From positions 1,792,001-1,856,000 of the forward strand of contig OY970065.1 in the NCBI GenBank assembly GCA_963705295.1: DNA of 64,000 bases. Reading direction: 5' to 3'. This DNA is from Parachlamydiales bacterium (GTDB lineage Bacteria > Chlamydiota > Chlamydiia > Chlamydiales > Rhabdochlamydiaceae). The position numbers and the translations under genes were made by a program. The notes beneath the pieces were generated by a model. It did not search any database. It saw nothing but the letters and a program-made list of their open reading frames with translations, and was not told where the DNA came from. Position 1 is the stretch's first letter; each line of letters starts with the position of its first letter. Positions 1 through 9,956 of the stretch are shown here, one piece after another.

Positions 1-123
1 TTCACTGACGAGCACACTACTGCCGGATGCAAGAGCTGCCCAGTATGCTTGTTTGAATGCCACCTCAGCTAGCTCTGGAATGTGCTCTTCCAAATAGTCG
101 AGAGCCTTTTCACTTAAATCCAT
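1..123 (-). CDS. Small hypothetical protein, 5' part only (runs off the window)
   Basis: Reverse strand reads MDLSEKALDYLEEHIPELAEVAFKQAYWAALASGSSVLVSE from the ATG at 123 with no stop before the window edge. Not in the ORF track. Confidence 0.55.
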   Translation of the reverse strand, partial: MDLSEKALDYLEEHIPELAEVAFKQAYWAALASGSSVLVSE

Positions 124-270
124 GATTCTATCTCGATTTAGTTTTGAAACAGAAACTTTATTCTAAGAGATTTTCTCTATTTTCTTCATGACATTTTTCC
201 GCATGATAATATTTCTCAGACAAAAATTTACGACGAATGATACAGCTTGCTGAGGCTTTCCCTGACGAAT

Positions 271-331
271 AGCGAGAATCGATGTGGCGAAGCCACAGCA
301 AGCAGGTTGTCACCTTTTGACCTCTCGGGTT
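271..331. repeat. Truncated copy (one end) of the TA-flanked palindromic miniature element
   Basis: agcgagaatcgatgtggcgaagccacagcaagca nearly matches the interior of the 35641 copy. It is followed by a TIR-like ttgtcaccttttgacctctcgggtt. Confidence 0.8.
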
Positions 332-514
332 CTCTAATTGCGCACAAGGGCAAATATAAATTCTCTCTTTTTTCTCTCTAAAGCCTCCTCGCCGGTATTT
401 CTCTTGCGAAATTAAAGGCGAAATAATCTTCAGGACTTTGAACTTAGGAAACCAATGTAAGAGAAGTTCCATGGTTCTCTTCGGGGTCTTTTTTGGAGAA
501 TTATATTTGGATTC

Positions 515-1810
515 TCCGCCCCATTATGCCGACCGAAATGAAACAGGCAAGACAATGTTAATAACGGCTTCCAAGAGCCAACCCGACTTCGTCTTTGCCT
601 ATCTCTTCGGTTTTTCTCCTACATAATTTAAGCTCTTTGCCTGTTTGTTTTTCTTTTTGGTTTAAGCTACTTTTGGCTCGCCATAAATAAATTGTTTATT
701 TTCAATCATCATACGATGCATGATCACTGCTAGTTTTCTTCCCACCGCTAGGGCTGCTTTCTTTAGCCCCTTTTTTCTCATAATCTTTAATCCCCAAGCT
801 TTCAGCTTACTCCATTTCTTGCTTCTTGTAAGAATCACTACTCCAGCTTCGACTAATAAAGATCTGAGTTCATTGGATCCACATTTGGAAATTTTTCCCT
901 GCCTCTGAACATCCCCCGATGCATACTGCGTTGGAGTCATGCCTAGATAGGCCCCTACAGATTTAGAGTCTTTAAATCGCGTTGGATCAAAAATTTCTGT
1001 TTTATAGGTTAGGGCCGTTACAGGTCCTATTCCAGGCACGCTCATGAGTTGTCGAACTTCCTTGTCTTGACTGACTAATTGGAGCATTTTTTTATCGATC
1101 TTCTCGATTTCTTTCACAAGATGATCAAATGCGCTCAGAATGGCTGTTATACTGATTATGACTATCTCTTCATGTTTTTCTAAGTGCTTCATAACAGTGG
1201 AAGAGAATTTTTTAGCTCCCACAGACCCTAATCGTATCCCATAGATTTTGAGCAGTCCTCGAACTGTATTTTTTAGCTGTGTTTGCTGATTGATCAAGGC
1301 TCTTCTAGAAACTAACAAAATTGATCGTTCTACAGATTCCTAGGGTTTACAGTGAACTCGCGTATACAGATTTGACCGAAGCGCTTCTGCGATTCCTCGC
1401 GCATCATTTTTGTCGGTCTTGTTTATTTTCAGAGAGAGAATTGGGCTTAGAGTTCTTGCATCCATACAGATGGGGTCTATAGCTCTTTCCCTAAATCCTT
1501 TGATTAAATAATGAGATAATGCCCCACTTTCAAAACCAACAATAATTTCTTGAAGACCGATTTTTGAAAAATAATCCGCTATCAATTGTGGGTCTGTTTT
1601 TTCCGACCCTTCATGGACAATTTTTCCATGCTCGTTGAGTACACAGATAAAAGTTCTTTTCATTGCGACATCTAATCCAATATAATGTTTCATGGGTTAC
1701 TCCAGTTTTTTGCTCTTTATGAGCGTTTGAGATTTGAAAAAATCTCGTTACATTGGAGAGTTTATACTACTCCGTTTTTGGAGTAACCCCTTGTTAATGG
1801 CGCAATTATG
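515..1810 (-). mobile_element. IS110-family insertion sequence (ends approximate)
   Basis: DEDD/Tnp20-type recombinase gene flanked by structured non-coding DNA. Possible subterminal inverted repeat gccccatta (~517-525) / taatggcgc (~1795-1803). Confidence 0.75.
662..1693 (-). pseudogene. IS110 transposase interrupted by one in-frame TAG at 1340-1342
   Basis: ORFs 1340..1693 and 662..1318 share a frame and read ...CKP*ESVERSILLVSRR.... Motifs GLD, FESG, KTDKNDA (DEDD), VPGIG, YLGMTP-QYASG and A-A-RKL are present. Confidence 0.92.
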
Positions 1811-1836
1811 GCATGTTAATAAGATGATACGGCCCT

Positions 1837-2346
1837 TTAGCTTTTTAAATGTGCCGCAAGTGTTTCGAAGAGAAACCATGTTCTTCTTTCAGTTTCATCA
1901 ATGAAAATTTCTAGGATGCTGGTCGTTGCCACATCGTTATTGTCTTCGCAGACTTTATGAGCAGCGCGCATACGGGCAGTATAATCTTGATTGTCTTTCA
2001 TCAGGGATTGAAGCATTTTTTCGGGTTCTAAAAAAGCCCGATCCTCATCCTTGACATTTTGTAAACGACTGATATGACCAATAGAACATATCGTTGTTCT
2101 TCCCATTTTGCGAACACGTTCTGCCAGAATATCAATCATGGCAAAAATTTGATCTGCTTGTTCATCGAATAAAAGATGATAGTCTCGAAAGTGACAGCCG
2201 GACATATGCCAATGGAAATTTTTACTTTTGACATATAAGGCGAACGCATCAGCCACTAATGGGTTAATATTTTCTGCTATTTCTTGACGCCCTTTTTCAC
2301 TGAGATCGCTTGGCGTTGCGAGTTTTACGGGTACTTCTTTTTTCAT
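1837..2346 (-). CDS. dps: DNA starvation/stationary phase protection protein Dps
   Basis: KNFHWHMSG..FRDYHLLFDEQ and D.LAER ferroxidase motifs; C-terminal ERRTWFL. Confidence 0.93.
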   Translation of the reverse strand: MKKEVPVKLATPSDLSEKGRQEIAENINPLVADAFALYVKSKNFHWHMSGCHFRDYHLLFDEQADQIFAMIDILAERVRKMGRTTICSIGHISRLQNVKDEDRAFLEPEKMLQSLMKDNQDYTARMRAAHKVCEDNNDVATTSILEIFIDETERRTWFLFETLAAHLKS

Positions 2347-3713
2347 TGTTTAACTCCTTTTTTATATTCAGGTTTGTAGACATTTTTCTGAATTAACTCG
2401 TGGATGTTATCCGGTCTGGTAACACGAGATAATTTTTGATCGAAAATATTTTTAGCTATTCTTTCCGCCGCTCTTATTAGCCCGACGGGCAAACAGGTGA
2501 CAAAATGCGTCAGCGAACTCCCGTCAGATCGAAGCGTTAGCGGTCCGACTGACGAGGACCCCATCGATAGGTTAGGGCGGAGGCTAGGCCGAGGAGGAGG
2601 ATCGATCTGGCAGGAGTGTAGCAAGCAGATTGTCACCTGTTTGCCTGTTGGGTTAATAATCGCCTCGAGAAACTCTTTTGTGGGAATATTTGGATGTGCA
2701 TAAGGCTTTTGATAATCCATGAGGTCGGATCGTTTTGATTCGATTAAACCCTTTACATCAAATAAAGAAATTCGAGACTGTGCATCTTTTAAAGAAAGAC
2801 CTTCTTGCACCATCACCGATACAATTAAATCTGCTATTCCAATTCCTGCTGAACCGGCTCCTAAAAATAAAATCTTTTGTTGGCTTAACTTTTGTTTTTT
2901 TATTTTCGTTGCATTGATGAGCCCGGATAAAGTAATTGCAGCCGTTCCCTGAATATCATCATTAAAACAGCAGACTTTCTCACGGTATCGTTTTAAAAGA
3001 TCAATTGCATCGCTGCCCGTCCAGTCTTCAAAATGGATACAACACCGTGGAAATACCTCCTGCACAGCTTCGACAAATTCATCCACAAATGCATGCAATT
3101 CTTTCTGAGAAGGTCTAGTTTCCCTGATACCTAAATATAACGGATCATGAAGAAGGGATTCGTTATTTGTTCCAACATCCAGAAAAAGAGGCAGTAAATA
3201 TTTAGGAAGAACACCAGCTGCGGCTGTATAAAGTTGTAATTTGCCAATAGGAATGCCCATCCCATTGGCTCCAAGATCACCCAGTCCAAGAATCCTTCCT
3301 CCATCCGTGACACAAATAAAGCGTACATCGTTTTCTGGCCAGTTTTTCAGAATCTCCTTAATGTGCCCCCGTTGTTTGATAGAAATGTACATCCCTCTTG
3401 GTTGACGAAATCCGATATCAAACTTTAGGCAGGCTTCTCCAATCGTAGGATCATAAATAATGGGTAAGAAATAAGCAGGATCAGACATGATCGTTTTGTA
3501 AAAAAGAGTTTCGTTATGATCTAATAAATTCATCAAGTAAATGTACCGTTCATAATCGGTAGGTTTATGGCCTAATTGTTTAAGAACTCTTTTGTGCTGC
3601 AATTCGATGGTTTCTATTGTACCTGGCAATAATCCAGTCAAACCGAGCTGCTCCCTTTCTTGCTGAGAAAATGCAGTCGATTTATTTAAGGCAGGGTTTT
3701 GTAAAATACTCAT
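2343..3713 (-). pseudogene. NAD(P)-dependent malic enzyme, probably inactivated by an internal deletion with an in-frame miniature element
   Basis: VTDGGRILGLGDLG, FEDW, FNDDIQGT and GAGSAGIG motifs are present. The usual IGVS / ALSNPT / GQ-NN segment is absent, and 60 codons of the repeat at 2477-2656 lie in its place. Confidence 0.8.
2477..2656. mobile_element. 180 bp palindromic MITE-like element flanked by TA
   Basis: 27 bp TIRs (ttagcccgacgggcaaacaggtgacaa / ttgtcacctgtttgcctgttgggttaa). TA at 2475-2476 and 2657-2658. The interior nearly matches the reverse complement of 8512-8692. Confidence 0.92.
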
Positions 3714-3714
3714 T

Positions 3715-5118
3715 TTACCTCTCCTTCTTTTTGGCTGGCTGGCACATCTTCAATGGATTGACAAGACGATCGAACTCACCAGGTGTGACACCCAATTTTA
3801 AGGCTGCATCGCGGAGACTTAAATCATGATCTAAGGCGAAATGGGCTATTTGAGAAGCTTTGTCATATCCGATGACGGGACTAAGAGCTGTGACAAGCAT
3901 TAATGAATCACTTAAGTCTTTTTTGATCCGTTTTAAGTTCGGTTTGGTATTTTTAACTAGGAACTTTTCAAAATTTTCACAACTATCCCTTAAGATTCTA
4001 ATGGAATGCATCACGTTATGAATAATTAACGGTTTGTAGACGTTCATTTCTAGATAACCGCCCGCACCCCCAAAAGATACAGCTATATCATTCGCCATGA
4101 CCTGTACTGCTACCATGGATAGAGCTTCGCACTGGGTGGGATTGACCTTGCCTGGCATGATAGAAGATCCTGTTTCATTGGATGGAATAATAAGTTCGTA
4201 AATCCCTGAACGTGGACCACACGATAGAAGTCTAATGTCATTTGCAATTTTATAAAGAGATACAGCTAGAGTCTTTAATGAACCGCTCATTTGAACTTGA
4301 CCATTATGAGCCCCCTGTACGGCAAATTTATTTTTTGCAGTTGTAAAAGGGAGTCGAGTAAGCTTTGCAATCTCTTTGGCAACTTCTCTATCAAATCCTT
4401 CTATCGTATTTAATCCTGTACCCACCGCTGTTCCTCCAAGGGGTAACTGATAGACGGTTTTAAGAGAGTTTTCTAGGTCTTTAATATTATCATCCAACAT
4501 TCCCACATATCCGGAAAATTCTTGACCTAGTGTGATGGGCGTAGCGTCTTGAAGGTGGGTTCGACCGAGTTTAACGACGTTTTTCCATTGCTGAGATTTA
4601 GCGTGGAGGCTATTGCGGAGCTGTTTAAGAATTGGTATGAGATTTTTCTCAGCACCTAGCGCTGCTGCAATATTCATCGCTGTTGGAAAAGAGTCATTCG
4701 AGGATTGGGACATATTCACGTCATCATTGGGATGAACAGGGAGTTTGCTACCCAAAGGCTTTTTAGCTATCTGAGAACAACGGTTTGCAATGACTTCATT
4801 GACATTCATATTGAATTGCGTCCCGCTACCCGTCATCCAAACATGAAGAGGAAAATGGTCATTCAGGTTCCCGTCAAGAATTTCGTCGCAAACTCGTAGG
4901 ATCAAGTCTGCTTTGTATTTAGGAAGACGGCCTTGCCTGCAGTTGACTAAAGCCGACGCTTTTTTCTCTATAGCATAGGCAGGAATCATTTCTCTTGGAA
5001 TGAGATCATCTCCAATACAAAAATGTTCCAATGAACGCTGGGTTTGAGCTCCCCACAAACGATCCTTAGGAACCTTTACTTTTCCGAGACTGTCATTTTC
5101 AAATCTAAACTCTGTCAT
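3715..5118 (-). CDS. fumC: Class II fumarate hydratase
   Basis: Start reassigned to [12 protein letters not shown]. Motifs [28 protein letters not shown] and [11 protein letters not shown]. Confidence 0.96.
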   Translation of the reverse strand: MTEFRFENDSLGKVKVPKDRLWGAQTQRSLEHFCIGDDLIPREMIPAYAIEKKASALVNCRQGRLPKYKADLILRVCDEILDGNLNDHFPLHVWMTGSGTQFNMNVNEVIANRCSQIAKKPLGSKLPVHPNDDVNMSQSSNDSFPTAMNIAAALGAEKNLIPILKQLRNSLHAKSQQWKNVVKLGRTHLQDATPITLGQEFSGYVGMLDDNIKDLENSLKTVYQLPLGGTAVGTGLNTIEGFDREVAKEIAKLTRLPFTTAKNKFAVQGAHNGQVQMSGSLKTLAVSLYKIANDIRLLSCGPRSGIYELIIPSNETGSSIMPGKVNPTQCEALSMVAVQVMANDIAVSFGGAGGYLEMNVYKPLIIHNVMHSIRILRDSCENFEKFLVKNTKPNLKRIKKDLSDSLMLVTALSPVIGYDKASQIAHFALDHDLSLRDAALKLGVTPGEFDRLVNPLKMCQPAKKKER

Positions 5119-5169
5119 TTCTATTTCTTGAAATAAAACATCTCTACTTTTAAAGAAATAAGTAAACAG

Positions 5170-6303
5170 ATGAATCCACAGGAACCGACGCGCGATAACA
5201 AGAGGGCCTCTATCATGGGACCTACGAATGCCGCGCGTGAAGCTGAAAGCTCCGATAGAGTACTCCCGCCGAAGACAGACCATGGCACGCTGCCAAGCCT
5301 AAGATGGTCGTTTTGCGATAGCCACAATCGTGTGTCAGAAGGTGGTTGGGCCCGGCAAACAACGGTCCGCGAACTGCCGACCGCAACAACTCTTGCTGGC
5401 GTTAACATGCGCCTTACGGCCGGCGGAGTGCGGGAAATGCATTGGCATAAGGAGGGTGAATGGGCGTACATGCTCAAAGGACGAGCCCGGATCACTGCCG
5501 TTGACCAAAACCTTCGAACCTTTCAAGATGATGTCAATGAGGGCGAGGGGTGGTATTTCCCTGCTGGCATTCCACACTCGATCCAAGGCCTTGAGGATGA
5601 TGGGTGCGAATTTCTTCTTGTTTTCGACGATGGCAACTTCGATGAGAACGAGACTTTTTTGCTCACCGATTGGTTGTCCCGCGTTCCAAAAGACGTCCTT
5701 GCCAAGAATTTCAACGTGCCCGAGAGTGCCTTCGATAAAATTCCGAAGAATGAACTCTATATTTTCCAATCAAAAGTGCCCGGACCGCTATCGAAAGATC
5801 GTGTTACAGGCCAGGGGCCTGTTCCGGAGACGTTTAGCCATCGGTTGGATAAAATAGATCCGATCCGGATGAAGTATGGTACCGTTCGCATCATGGATTC
5901 TACTAATTTCCCTGCCTCCAAGACAATTACAAGTGCCCTGGTTGAAGTAGAGCCAGGTGGCATGCGGGAATTGCACTGGCACCCCAATGCCGATGAGTGG
6001 CAATACTATCTTTCAGGCCGGGGGCGAATGACCGTGTTTGCATCGAGTGGTAACGCTCAAACCTTTGACTACCAAGCTGGCGATGTCGGTTCTATACCAC
6101 GGGCGCTGCCCCATTATGTCGAAAACACCGGCAAGACAACGCTCCGGTTCCTTGAAATGTTCCGCAGCCCGCTTTTTGAAGATGTTCCTCTTGCCCAATG
6201 GTTAGCATTCACCCCTCATGAACTCGTGCGAGCGCATCTGAATATCGACGAGTCTGTCCTATCTAAGATCTCGCCGTTTAGGATCCCGGTAGTTGGACCC
6301 TAA
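5170..6303 (+). CDS. oxdC: Oxalate decarboxylase family bicupin
   Basis: Two cupin Mn-binding motifs ([11 protein letters not shown]...[15 protein letters not shown]...PHY) and GGWARQTT. The lid segment DENET keeps the Glu typical of decarboxylases. Confidence 0.92.
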   Translation: MNPQEPTRDNKRASIMGPTNAAREAESSDRVLPPKTDHGTLPSLRWSFCDSHNRVSEGGWARQTTVRELPTATTLAGVNMRLTAGGVREMHWHKEGEWAYMLKGRARITAVDQNLRTFQDDVNEGEGWYFPAGIPHSIQGLEDDGCEFLLVFDDGNFDENETFLLTDWLSRVPKDVLAKNFNVPESAFDKIPKNELYIFQSKVPGPLSKDRVTGQGPVPETFSHRLDKIDPIRMKYGTVRIMDSTNFPASKTITSALVEVEPGGMRELHWHPNADEWQYYLSGRGRMTVFASSGNAQTFDYQAGDVGSIPRALPHYVENTGKTTLRFLEMFRSPLFEDVPLAQWLAFTPHELVRAHLNIDESVLSKISPFRIPVVGP

Positions 6304-6432
6304 ATTTCTTCTTTTTTCACTTATTAACGGTGGTCAAACTTCGCCCTACTATTCTCTTCTACTAAAAACATCATGTAGAATTATAATGGGACCCATGAAC
6401 ACATTTGAAGCAGAGCATAGGCTTAGATCATT

Positions 6433-6879
6433 ATGGCAACAGATCTAATACAGGTCAGATCAGCTGAAAGATCGGAAATAGAATGGGTTAATCTACAGTA
6501 TGATGAAGTCGAGTTCGTCCATTCTAACTTTGATAATGAGATTGTTGCTATTGCCGAAGTGAATGGCCAAAAAGCCGGTCTAGGAAGACTTATCACAATT
6601 GATAAAGAAAACCTTGAGCTCGGAGGAATGTATGTCTTTGAGCCATTTCGAGGTCAAGGAATTGCAAGGAAAATAGTTCAGTTCCTTTTGAAACACGCCC
6701 TTCCTTCACAAACCATCTATTGTATTCCTTTCGAACATCTTGTCCCTTTTTATAAACAGTGTGGATTTGCCCTTTGCATCCACTTGGACCGTGTTCCTAA
6801 AGAGGTTCAACATAAATATCTCTGGTGCAAAAAAAAGTATACCCACCCAACATCACTTTTATTAACCGGAGGGGAATAA
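6433..6879 (+). CDS. GNAT family N-acetyltransferase
   Basis: Acetyl-CoA motif YVFEPFRGQGIA; FY..CGF. Confidence 0.85.
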   Translation: MATDLIQVRSAERSEIEWVNLQYDEVEFVHSNFDNEIVAIAEVNGQKAGLGRLITIDKENLELGGMYVFEPFRGQGIARKIVQFLLKHALPSQTIYCIPFEHLVPFYKQCGFALCIHLDRVPKEVQHKYLWCKKKYTHPTSLLLTGGE

Positions 6880-6882
6880 ACC

Positions 6883-7243
6883 ATGACATTATCTTTGGAA
6901 CGAAAATGCTCACTTTACTCCAGCAATTGAAATCGGCTGGCGTTTAGCCTACGATTATTGGGGACGTGGATATGCTACAGAGGGTGCTCTAGAAGTTCTA
7001 AAGTATGGATTTGAAATCCTCCATCTAAACCAAATTGTTTCATTCACTTCGGTTCAAAATCGTCGTTCCATCGGTGTCATGGAAAAAATCGGCATGCACC
7101 ATGATTCCATGGATGACTTTGATCACCCGAAACTACCCGAGGGGCATAAACTCAGAAAGCATGTCCTCTATCGCCTTAATAGCGAAGGCGGTATCAAAAA
7201 GTCACCGAGAAGAGTCCAGAATCGTCAACTTTTTCATTTTTGA
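6883..7243 (+). pseudogene. RimJ/RimL-type GNAT acetyltransferase remnant (N-terminal half missing, out of frame with its start)
   Basis: RBS plus ATG at 6883. The frame from 6908 reads AHFTPAIEIGWRLAYDYWGRGYATEGA...NRRSIGVMEKIGM...FDHPKLPEGHKLRKHVLYRL and ends at TGA 7241-7243. Confidence 0.82.
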
Positions 7244-7279
7244 TAGAATTTACGAGTGTGATATCATTTTTGCCTAAAG

Positions 7280-7708
7280 ATGAAAACCCAAGCGTATGTT
7301 TGTGCTTATCTTCTTCTAAAACAAGAGGATAAGGTTTTATTGCAACTTAGGAAAAATACCGGCTACTGCGATGGAATGTGGTGCTTGGTATCGGGCCATG
7401 TTGAAGAAGAGGAATCTGCAACGCACGGGATGATTCGAGAAGCCGCAGAAGAAATCGGAGTGATCTTAAGACCTGAAGACTTAAAGGTCTTGCATGTGAT
7501 GCATAGCAGAACAAATCGATTTAATATGGACATTTTTTTCGAGTGCCTGCAGTGGGAAGGTGAAATCAAAAACCTCGAACCGGACAAATGCGAAAAGCTG
7601 GAGTTTTTCCCTATAAATTCTTTACCAACAAATACTGCAGGTTTTAATGGGGAAGCCTTAAACGCTATTTTAACCGGGAAATTTTATTCGGAGCAAGGAT
7701 GGAAATGA
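7280..7708 (+). CDS. NUDIX hydrolase
   Basis: Nudix box GHVEEEESATHGMIREAAEEIG; N.EP.KC motif. Confidence 0.9.
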   Translation: MKTQAYVCAYLLLKQEDKVLLQLRKNTGYCDGMWCLVSGHVEEEESATHGMIREAAEEIGVILRPEDLKVLHVMHSRTNRFNMDIFFECLQWEGEIKNLEPDKCEKLEFFPINSLPTNTAGFNGEALNAILTGKFYSEQGWK

Positions 7709-8034
7709 TTCAATTTTCTGATTTTTTAAAGGTTGATATCCGGGTCGGAACAATAGTGAAGGTCGATGATTTTCCCGAGGCGAGAAAACCTGCGTATAAA
7801 CTCGAGATCGATTTTGGTACGCTTGGAATTAAGAGATCTTCCGCACAAATCACCGACCATTATTCTAAAGAAAATCTCCTAGGCAAACAAGTGATCGCTG
7901 TCGTCAATTTTCCTCCAAAACAGATCGGGAAATTCATGTCAGAAGTCCTCACCTTGGGCCTGCCTGATGAAAATGGAGCTGTCATTCTTTTAGAACCCTC
8001 CAAGTCGATTCCCAATAGCGGCAGATTGTTTTAA
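7699..8034 (+). CDS. csaA: tRNA-binding protein / export chaperone CsaA (Trbp111 family)
   Basis: FLKVDIRVGTI, FPEARKPAYKL, SSAQIT and VVNFPPKQIG.FMSEVL. Confidence 0.9.
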   Translation: MEMIQFSDFLKVDIRVGTIVKVDDFPEARKPAYKLEIDFGTLGIKRSSAQITDHYSKENLLGKQVIAVVNFPPKQIGKFMSEVLTLGLPDENGAVILLEPSKSIPNSGRLF

Positions 8035-8050
8035 TGAAAAGAACATTTTT

Positions 8051-8515
8051 ATGAAAATTGCGATTAGTTCAGACGAGTATTTTCCGATCATTGACCTTTT
8101 AATCGATGCTGTAAAGAAGAGGGGGCACGAGGTTCATTATTTTGGACCTTCGGCTGGAGGAAAATCGATCGATTGGCCTGAAGTGACACTGAAAGCTGTA
8201 GAGGAACTTAGAGAAGGAAAAGCTGATGAAGCCATTGTTCTTTGTTGGACCGGAACAGGATGCACGTTAATCGCCAATAAAATCCCCGGAATCCGGGCTG
8301 CACTTTGTTTTGATGCAGAGACAGCAAAAGGCGCAAGGACTTGGAATCATGCCAATGTTCTGGGGCTTAGTCTTCGACTCACTTCTCCTGCCATTTTACA
8401 AGAGATTTTACAGGCATGGTTTGATACTCCTTTCAGCCAAGATCCTTGGAATCTTCGACAAATTGAGAGAATTACTCAAACGGAAAGAAAAGCGACATCA
8501 TGGCTTGTTTACTAA
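8051..8515 (+). CDS. RpiB/LacA/LacB family sugar-phosphate isomerase
   Basis: CWTGTG...ANK.PGIRAALC and A..WN.ANVL motifs. The stop codon lies inside the adjacent repeat. Confidence 0.88.
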   Translation: MKIAISSDEYFPIIDLLIDAVKKRGHEVHYFGPSAGGKSIDWPEVTLKAVEELREGKADEAIVLCWTGTGCTLIANKIPGIRAALCFDAETAKGARTWNHANVLGLSLRLTSPAILQEILQAWFDTPFSQDPWNLRQIERITQTERKATSWLVY

Positions 8516-8692
8516 CCCGAGGGTCAAATAGGTTACAACCTGCTTGCTGCACTCCTGCCAGATCGATCCTCCTCCTCGGCCTAGCCTCTCGCCCTAACCT
8601 ATCGATGGGGTCCTCGTCGGTCGGACCGCTAACGCTTCGATCTGGCAGGAGTTCGCTGACGCATGTTGTAACCTATTTGACCCTCGGGTTAG
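8512..8692. mobile_element. 181 bp palindromic MITE-like element flanked by TA
   Basis: Perfect 30 bp inverted repeat including the flanking TA (8510-8539 / 8665-8694). Inner 16 bp inverted repeat actcctgccagatcga / tcgatctggcaggagt. Confidence 0.93.
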
Positions 8693-8897
8693 TAGCAACT
8701 CAATCGTATACTCATACCTAAGATACGGCGCACTTCGGCACCATTACTCGATTCACTTGAGTGAACTTGAACCTATCCCGAAATAGTATTGACCCTATAT
8801 CAAGTTAAAGTTTAAATTACATTCGAACTATTTTATTTCTTCCTTTTAGCTTTCGATTAGAAGCTTATAGATGAAGGAATTCTGAAAGGAGGGTCTT

Positions 8898-9956
8898 GTG
8901 ACCGTACAATCCACAGAAACCAATACTTCAGCTCTTCAATTAAATGACCTTATTGGAGAACTAAGGCTCATGATAGACGAAGCTCGTGAATCGATTGCTT
9001 CCACTGTTAATTCTAGACTTGCAATGCTTTACTGGCATGTTGGAAATAGAGTGCGTAAGGAAATTTTGAAAGAAGAACGTGCTGAATATGGTCAAACTAT
9101 TGTCGCATCCGTGGCACGACACTTAACAATTCATTATGGCAAAGGGTTCTCTGAAAAAAGCTTACGTCGAATGATCCAATTCGGAAATACCTTTCCTGAT
9201 CAACAGATTGTCGCATCACTGCTGCGACAATTGAGCTGGACCCATTTTACCTTGCTACTACCTATAAAAGACCCCATAAAACGAGACTTTTACGCCGAGA
9301 TGTGTCGGATAGAAAAGTGGAATGTACGGACTTTAGAGAAAAAAATTGATTCCATGCTTTTTGAACGAACTGCTCTTTCGAAAAAGCCGGAGTCTTTAGC
9401 ACAAAAAGAGCTAGATGCTTTACGAAAAGATGATCAGCTCACTCCTGACCTTGTCTTTCGAGATCCTTACGTTCTCGAGTTTTTGAATCTCGATGATCAC
9501 TATATAGAAAAAGATCTTGAAGACGCCATAATGCGAGAGCTAGAACAATTCCTTTTAGAGCTTGGAATTGGTTTCTGCTTCCTTGCCCGACAGAAACGAA
9601 TCATCATTGATGATAAAGATTTTCATCTCGACCTACTTTTTTTTCATCGCAAATTAAAACGCCTCGTTGCCATTGAATTGAAATTAGGAGATTTCAAGCC
9701 AGAATACAAAGGGCAAATGGAATTATATCTCCGATGGCTTGATAAATATGAACGACAATCAGGAGAAGAATCGCCTTTAGGATTCATACTCTGTGCAGGC
9801 AAACAAAGAGAACAAATTGAACTGCTCGAATTGAATCAAGCAGGCATTCATGTAGCCGAATATCTTACAGCACTGCCATCCAAAGAAGTCTTGAGGGAAA
9901 AACTACATAAAGCCATAGAACATGCACGAAAACGGATTCAAGATCAAAATGAATGA
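8898..9956 (+). CDS. YhcG/DUF1016 PD-(D/E)XK nuclease-domain protein
   Basis: LYW.VG, GKGFS...L..M, LSWTH, FRDPY.LEFL, DLLFFHR.L..LVAIELK and GQMELYL motifs. Confidence 0.92.
   Translation: MTVQSTETNTSALQLNDLIGELRLMIDEARESIASTVNSRLAMLYWHVGNRVRKEILKEERAEYGQTIVASVARHLTIHYGKGFSEKSLRRMIQFGNTFPDQQIVASLLRQLSWTHFTLLLPIKDPIKRDFYAEMCRIEKWNVRTLEKKIDSMLFERTALSKKPESLAQKELDALRKDDQLTPDLVFRDPYVLEFLNLDDHYIEKDLEDAIMRELEQFLLELGIGFCFLARQKRIIIDDKDFHLDLLFFHRKLKRLVAIELKLGDFKPEYKGQMELYLRWLDKYERQSGEESPLGFILCAGKQREQIELLELNQAGIHVAEYLTALPSKEVLREKLHKAIEHARKRIQDQNE

Noticed and set aside
158..472. 104 aa ORF next to the IS110 end
   Set aside because: Part of it is translation of the truncated palindromic element and no family motif is recognisable. 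It may be a gene remnant but cannot be supported.
1340..1342. In-frame TAG as possible stop-codon recoding or programmed read-through
   Set aside because: Other genes here end normally at TAG (for example the autotransporter and the EEP gene), so a nonsense mutation is the simpler explanation.
5119..5283. 55 aa N-terminal extension of FumC overlapping oxdC
   Set aside because: Family similarity starts at [12 protein letters not shown] (5118). The extension is an artefact of choosing the longest ORF.
7035..7277. 80 aa ORF in the track
   Set aside because: It is an alternative frame over the GNAT pseudogene, whose true frame carries the family motifs.
8500..8721. 73 aa ORF similar to part of the malic enzyme ORF
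   Set aside because: The similarity comes entirely from the shared repeat element; it is not a gene.
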